Under the pieces are notes generated by a model. That model saw nothing but the letters and a program-made list of their open reading frames with translations. It was not told where the DNA came from and ran no database searches. This document shows, in pieces, positions 15,276-23,442 of a DNA stretch of 41,012 nucleotides. The position numbers were made by a program, and so were the translations under genes. Each line of letters starts with the position of its first letter. Position 1 is the first letter of the stretch. Source of the stretch: a virus (lineage: Duplodnaviria > Caudoviricetes); the IMG/VR virus record IMGVR_UViG_3300037070_000655, positions 1 to 41,012 of that record. One strand, 5' to 3'.

Positions 15276-18236
15276 ATGCGAATCGCCGCCGAGTCCTTCC
15301 GAGGTGAAGCTCCCCGAGTAACCCCGCGCGAGCTACCTGAGAACGCTGCTCAGCTTGCGATCAACGCGCGGCTGCAGTCTGGCGATCTGGAGACATGGCG
15401 CCAGTTCGTCCTGGCCAAGGAACTGCTCAACGGGGCCACGGTCCGCACGATCTATCTGCTCAACGACGAGTGGCTGTCGTGGACGGAAGACGTCGATGTG
15501 GCGCGCGGCGCGATCCCCGGTGACAACACGTTCCGCGTCTACCTGACCGGACCCGAGGTCTACGACCAGCCGCGGTTCACCAACTACGCGCTGGCCACGA
15601 CAGGCGCCGAGCCCTTCCCAGTCACCACGCGCCCGCTGGGTGTCCCGGCGCCCGACTCGCAGCCGACGCTTGAGTCGGGCGTCTCGACAGCGCCGAGTTC
15701 AACCACGCTTGAAGTGATCGACGAGGGCGACGAGCTTGCGCTGTCGTGGTCGACGAGTTCTCCGACATCCAACGCGTTCACGCGTTCGATCGTCTCGCAA
15801 GAAGCTGCCATTGGCAACGGTGCACCGAGCTACTCCCTGCAGTCGAACGAGAACGCCACGCTTCCTGCGTGGATGCTTCGCGACTTCGGTGTCGGCGACT
15901 CACAGGTGGTGTTCTTCAGTGTCGACGTGATGTTCAACACGTCACCGCTCAAGCGCATGTTCCTCGACCTGATGGCGTCGTCGACCGGCGCCGGTATCGG
16001 GGTCATCTGGACGGAGACCGGTGGCTTCCAGATCGGCATCATGGCGGGCGCTTCCGCTCAAGGCTTCTCTTCGCTGGCCGGCGTTGCTGCGCTGGTGCCG
16101 GGACCGGGCGTCTGGTACACGGTGACCGCGACGATCATCCAGAACGCTGCGGGCACCAAGACCGTGACCGCGACGCTGTACCAGGGCAGCGCGCAACTGG
16201 CCACGGTGACGGTCACCAACGCATTCACGAACAGCGGTGGCTTCATGGGGTTCGTCGCCGAGGTCGCTGAGCCGACAGCGCCGGACCCCGTCGTCTACTA
16301 CGACAACATTCTGGTCCGTGGGACGTCGCCGACAGCAGCGCTGCAGCAGACCGCCACCAGCTACGTTTACACGTTCGTCAACGACCTGGGCGAAGAGTCG
16401 GCACCGAGCCCACCGAGCGCGACAGTGCTCAAGGACGACGGCACCGCGATCACGGTGACGTCTGCCACTGCGGTGCAGTCAGGCTTCAGCGACGACTACA
16501 GCGTCACGCACAAGCGCATCTACCGGGCGACCAGTGGTGCCACTGGTACGGTTTTCCGGTTCGTGGCTGAGACCCCGCTCGCGCAGGCTGAGTACGTCGA
16601 TGAGTTGACCGATGCCGAGCTTGGCGATCCGCTGGAGACCGAACTCTACGCGCTGCCACCGGACGATCTGCGCGGCATGCTCGCGCTACCGAACGGGATC
16701 ATGGTGGGGTTCCGTCGCAACCAGATCTGCTTCTCTGCGCAGAATCGCCCGCACGCGTGGCCGGTCGAGTGGCGGCTGAACACCGATACCGACGTCGTTT
16801 GCATCGGCAACATCGACACGACGCTCGTGATCGGCACGGAAGCGTTCCCGTACCTCGCGATCGGCAACGACCCTTCAGCCTACAGCATGACCAAGCTGGA
16901 GGTGCCGCAAGCTTGCGTGTCCAAGCGTTCGGTGGCGTACCTCACCGGCATTGGTGTGATCTTCGCATCGCCCGACGGTTTGGTTGCAGTGAGCGGCAAC
17001 GGCAAGGTCAGCAACCTCACTGAGCAGATCTTCACGCGTCGGCAGTGGCAGGCACTGGTCCCCGAGTCGATCCTCGGGATCGCGCACGACGACGTGTATC
17101 ACTTCTGGCCAGGGACCGTCACCTACGAAGTGCTTGGCACTCCGCTGACGTTTGATCCAGCCACCGCGGAATTGGTGGGCGACTGGACTTTCTCGGACGG
17201 TAATCGCACAGCCTCGGTAGTTCCAGGGACCAGTGTGCCGAACGTGCGCAGCGCCGCTAGCTCCGCGCGTTCGTCAGGCAAGCACTACGTCGAGTTCAAG
17301 TGGCTCGGGACGAGTCTCGCGTTCCCCGACGGCGTGCGGCTGGAGGTCGGGCTGGGGGATCCCGCTGGCACCGACGAGCCCTCTGTCGACGGTGTGGGCT
17401 ACCGCTTCAGTGGGACCGTGCGACGCGCTGGCAGCGCCGCTGCACAGTTCACAGGCCCTGCAGTTGCGACCAACGACATCATCGGGTTTGCCTTCGACAT
17501 CGACACCGGCAACTGCTGGATCGCGATCAACAACGTGTGGTTCAGTGGTGATCCCGCCGCGGGCACATCTCCGACAGTTGTCGTGACCGACCTGTCGCAG
17601 CCGTTTGTGCCGATCGTGTCGTCGGAGTCGCCGGTCCAGAACTCGTGGACTCTGTACGGCACGACAGAACTGTTCAACTACAACCCGCCGTCTGGCTTCA
17701 GCGCGTGGGGCGTGGACGGGGCCATCACGACGGTCGGCGGCGAAGACGGTGGGCTCATGCTCGATGCGAAGCCCACCGGGTTCGGGCTCGCGCGCTCGGG
17801 GTTCCACGTCGCAGCCGCGCATGCCGATCCGCTGACCGATCAGTTGTACCTCGTGCTCGATGCGGTGAACGAGCCCCTGGACACCTATCTACCACAGCCC
17901 AGCACCGCTCCCGAGGTGATGCCGCCCTTCGTCGACATCTATGCGTTCGACTCACCGAACGCGTACACCGAGATGGTGTACCAGTACAAGGGCAAGCTCA
18001 ACCTGCTGCCACGGCCAACCGCGTTCGTCTACTGCCAGATCAAGGCGCAGGACTACTCGAACCTGATGCTGAATCTGTTCGTGGACGAAGAGTTGTTTGC
18101 TTCGATGCCAGTCACCAGCAAGGAGCCGTTCACGATCCCGCTGCTCGATGAGTACGAAGCCTTCGAGTTCGAGCTAGTCGGCACCTCGCGCGTGAGGACC
18201 GTGCAGTTCGTCGAAGACATCAGGGAGTTGACCTGA
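15276..18236 (+). CDS. Tail nozzle or stabilization protein (tail tubular B / P22 gp10-like) with inserted lectin-like and SPRY-like domains
   Basis: FRGEAPR...ENAAQLAIN N-terminus, YVYTFVNDLGEESAPS, RIYR, CFS...PHAWP, QACVSKRS, ASPDGLV beta-propeller motifs. Confidence 0.75.
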   Translation: MRIAAESFRGEAPRVTPRELPENAAQLAINARLQSGDLETWRQFVLAKELLNGATVRTIYLLNDEWLSWTEDVDVARGAIPGDNTFRVYLTGPEVYDQPRFTNYALATTGAEPFPVTTRPLGVPAPDSQPTLESGVSTAPSSTTLEVIDEGDELALSWSTSSPTSNAFTRSIVSQEAAIGNGAPSYSLQSNENATLPAWMLRDFGVGDSQVVFFSVDVMFNTSPLKRMFLDLMASSTGAGIGVIWTETGGFQIGIMAGASAQGFSSLAGVAALVPGPGVWYTVTATIIQNAAGTKTVTATLYQGSAQLATVTVTNAFTNSGGFMGFVAEVAEPTAPDPVVYYDNILVRGTSPTAALQQTATSYVYTFVNDLGEESAPSPPSATVLKDDGTAITVTSATAVQSGFSDDYSVTHKRIYRATSGATGTVFRFVAETPLAQAEYVDELTDAELGDPLETELYALPPDDLRGMLALPNGIMVGFRRNQICFSAQNRPHAWPVEWRLNTDTDVVCIGNIDTTLVIGTEAFPYLAIGNDPSAYSMTKLEVPQACVSKRSVAYLTGIGVIFASPDGLVAVSGNGKVSNLTEQIFTRRQWQALVPESILGIAHDDVYHFWPGTVTYEVLGTPLTFDPATAELVGDWTFSDGNRTASVVPGTSVPNVRSAASSARSSGKHYVEFKWLGTSLAFPDGVRLEVGLGDPAGTDEPSVDGVGYRFSGTVRRAGSAAAQFTGPAVATNDIIGFAFDIDTGNCWIAINNVWFSGDPAAGTSPTVVVTDLSQPFVPIVSSESPVQNSWTLYGTTELFNYNPPSGFSAWGVDGAITTVGGEDGGLMLDAKPTGFGLARSGFHVAAAHADPLTDQLYLVLDAVNEPLDTYLPQPSTAPEVMPPFVDIYAFDSPNAYTEMVYQYKGKLNLLPRPTAFVYCQIKAQDYSNLMLNLFVDEELFASMPVTSKEPFTIPLLDEYEAFEFELVGTSRVRTVQFVEDIRELT

Positions 18237-18682
18237 TGCCTATCACCGGCAAGCCAGGGATCGGGACTGTTCGAGACAGCACGCGCTCGACGATGGGCGC
18301 GATCGATGCCATCCGTGCGCGCATCGAAGCGATCGAGGCAGTGCTGCGCGACACGGAGTTGACTGCGGGCAACGCGTTCAACAAACTCAACGCCAACAAC
18401 GCATCACTCAGCTTTCTGCAGTCGCAGATCAACCAGTTGGTCAGCGAGATCAGCGTGCTGACCGATCTGCTCTCGCAGGACGACGGGCTGGTGGTGTTGG
18501 TCGATGGCGAACTGATCACGCGCGAGCTTGAGGCTGGCGACAACATCACCATCGACAACCCGGATGGCGCCGACGGTAACCCGATCATCAACTCCAGCGG
18601 TGGCGGCTACCCGTTTCTTACCACCGAACTCGATGACGATCTTCTGACCGAAGACGGTCATCGCATCCGAACAGAGGCTTGA
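18236..18682 (+). CDS. Tail-associated coiled-coil protein
   Basis: TGATG coupling; coiled coil plus AGDNITIDNPDGADGNPII and LLTEDG fibre-type motifs. Confidence 0.6.
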   Translation: MPITGKPGIGTVRDSTRSTMGAIDAIRARIEAIEAVLRDTELTAGNAFNKLNANNASLSFLQSQINQLVSEISVLTDLLSQDDGLVVLVDGELITRELEAGDNITIDNPDGADGNPIINSSGGGYPFLTTELDDDLLTEDGHRIRTEA

Positions 18683-18685
18683 GCT

Positions 18686-19315
18686 ATGCCACGCATTACT
18701 GAACTAGGTGGTGCTTCAAGTGGACCGCTGTTCGGCGACGAACTGGTTCCGATCGTTCAACTCGGTGAGACTGTTCACACCACCGTGCAGGACATCGCGA
18801 ATCTCTCAACCGGTGGTCCTGCGGGGGATGTCGACTGGAACACCGACATCCAACTCATCTCCGAGCTACCCAGCACCAGTGGTCTCGATGGCGATGAGCA
18901 CGTGGTGGTCGAGAAGGGCAGCACGTTCATCCAGACAACGAGCCTGTTTCTGGCGCGTCTGCTGACGTCGGTCACCAACATCTTCTATCGCAACCAGAGC
19001 GTCAACCCTGTTGCGTTGACCGACGGTGCCAACATCGCGACCAATGCTGCGCTGAGCAACATCTTCAAGGTGACGCTCGGTGGCAACCGTACGCTGGACA
19101 ACCCGACCAACCTGACGGACGGAATGATCCTGAACTGGATCATCAAGCAGGACGGCACCGGCACACGCACATTGGCCTACGGCTCGAAGTTCAAGTGGCC
19201 TGCCGGCACTGCGCCGACCGTGACTGCGACAGCGAATGCCGTGAGTTTCATCAGCGCTTGTTATGACGCAGGCAACGACATCCTGATCGCCAACTCATCG
19301 CTGGGCCACGCCTGA
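18686..19315 (+). CDS. Tail fibre protein
   Basis: Two (R)I(T/S)EL...G.E.V.(I/V) repeats and VTLGGNRTLDNPTN...IKQDGTGTRTLAYGSKFKWPAGTAP fibre domain. Confidence 0.7.
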   Translation: MPRITELGGASSGPLFGDELVPIVQLGETVHTTVQDIANLSTGGPAGDVDWNTDIQLISELPSTSGLDGDEHVVVEKGSTFIQTTSLFLARLLTSVTNIFYRNQSVNPVALTDGANIATNAALSNIFKVTLGGNRTLDNPTNLTDGMILNWIIKQDGTGTRTLAYGSKFKWPAGTAPTVTATANAVSFISACYDAGNDILIANSSLGHA

Positions 19316-20034
19316 TGTTCGCACTGCCACCCGCCTTCTTGTCCGCGCCCGCGGGTGGCGGTGGTGGAGACCCGTCGTACAACAGCGTCAAACTGTTGTT
19401 ACACATGAACGGCGCCAACAACGGCACCACGTTCACAGACAACAGCCCAATCGCGCGGACAGTGACTGCGGTGGGCAATGCCAAGACCAGCACGGCACAG
19501 AGTGTGTTCAACGGCTCGTCAGGTTTGTTCGACGGCACAGGCGACTATCTCAACTGCGGTCTCTCAGCCGACTACGATTTCGGCAGCGGTGACTTCACCA
19601 TCGAGGGCGCGATCCGCCCTGCGTCTGTCGCTGCCGTTCAGATTCTGATGACAAATCGGGCCAATGGTGGCGCCGACACCGGCTTCTTCTTTTACCTCGC
19701 TGCTGGTGGACAACTGAACTTCGCGGCCTGGAACCCAGCGGGCACGGTCGCCGTCAGTCTCGCTGGCGCGACGTTCAGCGCAGGCTCATGGCAGTGGTTC
19801 GCGGTGCGGCGCAGTGGCAGCGCCTTCACGTTGTGGAAGGATGCGGTCAACACTGGGAGCGCGACGTACTCAGGAGCGATCTCGGCTTCGTTCAACGTGT
19901 TCTCGACCTTCTTCGGCACTGACCCATCGACAGGTGGCCGCGACATCAACGGACATGCCGCCGAGGTTCGCGTCACCAAGGGTGTCGCGCGAACGATCGT
20001 CGTGCCTACGTCACCTTGGCCCGACTCACTATGA
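19315..20034 (+). CDS. LamG / concanavalin-A-like receptor-binding protein
   Basis: DPSYNSVKLLLHMNG..TFTDNS, FDGTGDYL, FGSGDFTIE, WQWFAVRR, EVRVTKGVAR. Confidence 0.8.
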   Translation: MFALPPAFLSAPAGGGGGDPSYNSVKLLLHMNGANNGTTFTDNSPIARTVTAVGNAKTSTAQSVFNGSSGLFDGTGDYLNCGLSADYDFGSGDFTIEGAIRPASVAAVQILMTNRANGGADTGFFFYLAAGGQLNFAAWNPAGTVAVSLAGATFSAGSWQWFAVRRSGSAFTLWKDAVNTGSATYSGAISASFNVFSTFFGTDPSTGGRDINGHAAEVRVTKGVARTIVVPTSPWPDSL

Positions 20035-20420
20035 TCGCCGGCACCGAATTCAACTTCGACGATCCCCAGGTGATCGCCCAGGCTTGCCTGGAGAAGCGCC
20101 CTGGGGATATGACCGTTTCCGAGATCGACGACCTGATGGCAGAATGCGACGCAGGACGGGCTGCCTGCTTGACTTGTGAGGATGGGCTGCTGGTGATCAG
20201 CGGCGAGGCTCACAACGGCGGGGGCATTGAGATGTTCGTGCTACTAGCCGTGGCTTTCAAACACGGTGCAGTCGAGCGACAAGACGCCGCGTTGCAGATC
20301 ATTGCACGCGATCTCGGAGCTAGGACCATTGCCTTTCGCGCACGCCGAAAGGGGTGGGCAAGGCGCCTGGGGCCAGAGTGGCAACGCCGCGGCACCGACG
20401 AGTTCGTGAGGGCTGTCTGA
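20031..20420 (+). CDS. GNAT-fold-like virion assembly protein
   Basis: ATGA coupling; IARDLGARTIAFRARRKGWARRL pattern; position before the ejection genes. Confidence 0.5.
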   Translation: MIAGTEFNFDDPQVIAQACLEKRPGDMTVSEIDDLMAECDAGRAACLTCEDGLLVISGEAHNGGGIEMFVLLAVAFKHGAVERQDAALQIIARDLGARTIAFRARRKGWARRLGPEWQRRGTDEFVRAV

Positions 20421-21079
20421 TGGCTGGCAAAAAGCAAGGTGTTGAAGAGACCCCGCAACAGCGGGCGATGAACGAGCACGCGGTCAACCAGTGGGCTGAC
20501 TGGAAGCAGCGATGGCTGCCCGTGCAGAAGAACCTGTCCAACAGCATCCAGCGGATGGGCAAGGAAGGTTCCTTCGAGCGCGAGACTGCCCAGGGGCGCG
20601 CAAGCACCGACTCGGCGATCCAGTTCCAGCGGGCCGAGGGCGCGCTGGAGAAGTCGCTTACCGACTCGGGCGCCAAGGCAGGCTCGTCGAAGTTCAACCT
20701 CGCGAGCGCGGGACTGTCCACCGACAAGGCGAAGTCCAAGGGGCTCGGGATGACGATGGCCGATCAGATGATCGACGATGCCTACATCCAGGGGCTGCAA
20801 TCCATCACCTCGATCGGACGGGGTGAGCGCGCCCAGGTTGCCGACTCGATGGGTGCGCAGGCAGCCGCAAGTTCGCGGCAGGCGAATGCCGATGCGGAAG
20901 CCTCACTGATGAATCGTGCGGGCAACGCACAGGTGATCGGTCAAGTCGCTGGCTTTGGTATCCAGCGCGGGCTCAGCGGCATCGGGACAAACAACCCGAC
21001 GGGCTCGGTCCCTGGCGGCTACGTCGCACCGGACGGGCGCCAGTTCAACAATCCGTCAGCCTACACCCCGCTGGGATAG
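20420..21079 (+). CDS. Internal virion (DNA ejection) protein
   Basis: TGATG coupling; A/Q/S/G-rich helical protein in the ejection-gene position. Confidence 0.65.
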   Translation: MAGKKQGVEETPQQRAMNEHAVNQWADWKQRWLPVQKNLSNSIQRMGKEGSFERETAQGRASTDSAIQFQRAEGALEKSLTDSGAKAGSSKFNLASAGLSTDKAKSKGLGMTMADQMIDDAYIQGLQSITSIGRGERAQVADSMGAQAAASSRQANADAEASLMNRAGNAQVIGQVAGFGIQRGLSGIGTNNPTGSVPGGYVAPDGRQFNNPSAYTPLG

Positions 21080-21083
21080 CACC

Positions 21084-21506
21084 ATGGCCACGAACCTCTT
21101 CGGTGTCGACACTCGATCCAAGACCTACGCGGGGGACACCTTCGCCGCGTTGACGCGCCAGCAGTGGGCTGACTACACCGCGACCTTTGTGCCGATCGAG
21201 AACCAACTGATCCAGTACGCGATGGATCCGGGCAAGGTCAAGGAATCGATGGCCAAGGCCAGCACCACCGTCAATCAAGCGTACGACGCCGCAGAGCAGT
21301 CGAGTGCTCGCCGGCTGCGAGGGCTGGGCATCGAAATGTCTCCTGAAGAGCAGGCTGCACAGCGCCGCTCGTTCGGGCTCAGCCGTTCGCTGGCGGATGT
21401 CCAGGCGCAGAACCTGAGCCGCGATTTGACGACACGCCGCCAGCAGGCGGTCCTGGGTAACCCGGCGCCCAGTGCGGCGACCGGTGGCGGCGCTGGAGGT
21501 ATGTGA
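21084..21506 (+). CDS. Internal virion protein
   Basis: ATG 21084; A/Q/R-rich helical sequence in the ejection cluster. Confidence 0.6.
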   Translation: MATNLFGVDTRSKTYAGDTFAALTRQQWADYTATFVPIENQLIQYAMDPGKVKESMAKASTTVNQAYDAAEQSSARRLRGLGIEMSPEEQAAQRRSFGLSRSLADVQAQNLSRDLTTRRQQAVLGNPAPSAATGGGAGGM

Positions 21507-21784
21507 TGGCAGGCTTTGGTGTCGGCGCGTCCTTGGCCAGCATGGGCCAGGATCAAAAGCGCGAAGCGGTGACCATGCTCAAGGGCGCTGCAGATGAAGA
21601 GTCGAAGCGCAACGCCGAGAACACGATGCTCGAAGCCCAGCGCAAGCAAGGCAACAAGCAACTGGGCGGCACGCTGGGCGCGATTGGCGGCATGGCGCTA
21701 GGAGCCGAGTACGGGTCAGCGATCGGCCCATGGGGCGCGCTGATCGGTGGCGCGATCGGTGCGGTCGCTGGAGGGCTCTTCTAA
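21506..21784 (+). CDS. Internal virion protein with a C-terminal glycine zipper
   Basis: SD GGAGGT; GGTLGAIGG...GPWGALIGGAIGAVAGGLF. Confidence 0.65.
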   Translation: MAGFGVGASLASMGQDQKREAVTMLKGAADEESKRNAENTMLEAQRKQGNKQLGGTLGAIGGMALGAEYGSAIGPWGALIGGAIGAVAGGLF

Positions 21785-23442
21785 TGGTACGCAGCGTCGG
21801 CGGCTCAGCCGCAGAAGGAATCGAGTCCGGCTTCAGCATGGGGCTGAAGATGGATCAGATCGGCGAAGAGCGCCGACGCACAAACCTGCGCGAGACAGAG
21901 ATGCACGCCGCTGGCGCGCGTGCGCAGGAAGAGATCGAGCTTCGTAAAAAGCGTGACGAGCGTGACGAGCGCAGGCTCGCTGATGCCGAGAAGCGTGATG
22001 CACGGCAGACTGCGTCCACGATGTTGGGCGCTCGTCAAAAGGAGATCATCGAAGCGCAGCGCGCCCGCCAAACCGCAGGGCTCCCGGTCGACGACGACTC
22101 CGTCAAGGAGTACGGCGCCAACGCTGAGCAGTTGGGCCGCATCAAGCAGGATGCCCTGGACTTCTGGTCGCGTGCACAGACGGGTCAGACCGATCTGGCG
22201 ACAGCCAACCCGAAGGATCTGTACACGCACCTCGTTGCGGCAACCGGCATGCGCCCCGAGGAACTGCAACTGGTGCCGCAGCACATCGCAGATGTGCAAG
22301 CGGGGATGGAGACTGGCAACCAGGGCCTGCTGCTCAAAGGTGTCAACGGCGTGATGGCGCCGCGCCTGCGCAAGGGCGTGGGCCAGCCGAGCCCGCACGG
22401 CGGCACGATCACGCGCAAGGAAGTCATCGGGCTGGACCCGGCGCGCGATGCCAACGGTGTCGACCACCCCGACAAGTTCATCCCGCGGCTGCGCGTCTAC
22501 GTGAAGATGCAAGACGGCAGCGAGAAGTATTACGACGCGCCCGCCACCGAGGGTGGCGGCACCGACCCCAATGACAAGGTCACTGCTGTCAACATGGGCA
22601 ACGCGATGGAGTTCATGGGCCAGATGGGCACGCTGGCCACGACGATGCAGCACCCGGTTCTGGCGAGCAAGCTCGCCGAGGGCGGCAAGCAACTGAGCAA
22701 GCAGGAGCAGAAGTACCTCGACGAACTCACTGCACTCAGCAAGCCGACGAAGGTCGAGACGACCGAGAACGTGCGGATCCCCGCTGATGGCGGCGAGACG
22801 CGTCGCTACACGAAGGACTCAACAGGTAAGGTGACCAAAAGTGAAACTATTAAGCACCCTGCGAGGACTTTTCGCCCGCCTAGTGGCGGCGCTGCGGTCG
22901 GCGTACTCAAAACTAAGCTCGAAGCGCTCGACGAAGAGTTGACCGAGAGCCTGGAGAACGCTGAGACCCAGGAAGAGAAAGACGCACTCAACGCCCAATA
23001 CAAGGAAGATCGCCGTGCGGTGATCGCCGGCATCAAGCCGAAGACCGGTGGCGCTGGTGCCAACAAAACCCCAAGCAACGCTGAACAGAACTCCGCTGTG
23101 AATGGTGCAGTGGAGATCGCCGCTGGCAAGCTTGGGCTGACCTACGAGAAGCTGACAGGCACCTACAAGAACGCCGATGGCACGTCAGCCACTCCGGAAC
23201 AGAAAGCGAAACTATCAGCGGCTCGTGCGGCTGCGACCGTGGCGGTACGCGACGCGTCGGCAGGCGAAGGAAACAAGCGCGTTCCTGGCGCCAAGCTCAA
23301 TGAGATCGCCACGACCGCGGTTGGCAGCGCTGCTGCCAAGTCGAAGTACGAGAAGAACAAGGTCTACACCAACGCCAAGGGTGAACGCGCCACATTCGGT
23401 GGTGTGGATGAGCAAGGCAAGAACATCTGGCTGGCACCGTAA
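21784..23442 (+). CDS. Internal virion or ejectosome protein (552 aa)
   Basis: TAATG coupling at both ends; coiled-coil N-terminus; C-terminal YTNAKGERATFGGVDEQG motif. Confidence 0.7.
   Translation: MVRSVGGSAAEGIESGFSMGLKMDQIGEERRRTNLRETEMHAAGARAQEEIELRKKRDERDERRLADAEKRDARQTASTMLGARQKEIIEAQRARQTAGLPVDDDSVKEYGANAEQLGRIKQDALDFWSRAQTGQTDLATANPKDLYTHLVAATGMRPEELQLVPQHIADVQAGMETGNQGLLLKGVNGVMAPRLRKGVGQPSPHGGTITRKEVIGLDPARDANGVDHPDKFIPRLRVYVKMQDGSEKYYDAPATEGGGTDPNDKVTAVNMGNAMEFMGQMGTLATTMQHPVLASKLAEGGKQLSKQEQKYLDELTALSKPTKVETTENVRIPADGGETRRYTKDSTGKVTKSETIKHPARTFRPPSGGAAVGVLKTKLEALDEELTESLENAETQEEKDALNAQYKEDRRAVIAGIKPKTGGAGANKTPSNAEQNSAVNGAVEIAAGKLGLTYEKLTGTYKNADGTSATPEQKAKLSAARAAATVAVRDASAGEGNKRVPGAKLNEIATTAVGSAAAKSKYEKNKVYTNAKGERATFGGVDEQGKNIWLAP

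Noticed and set aside
18686-20034. Diversity-generating retroelement or invertible tail-fibre cassette
   Set aside because: No reverse transcriptase, template/variable repeat pair, invertase or flanking inverted repeats were seen in the window
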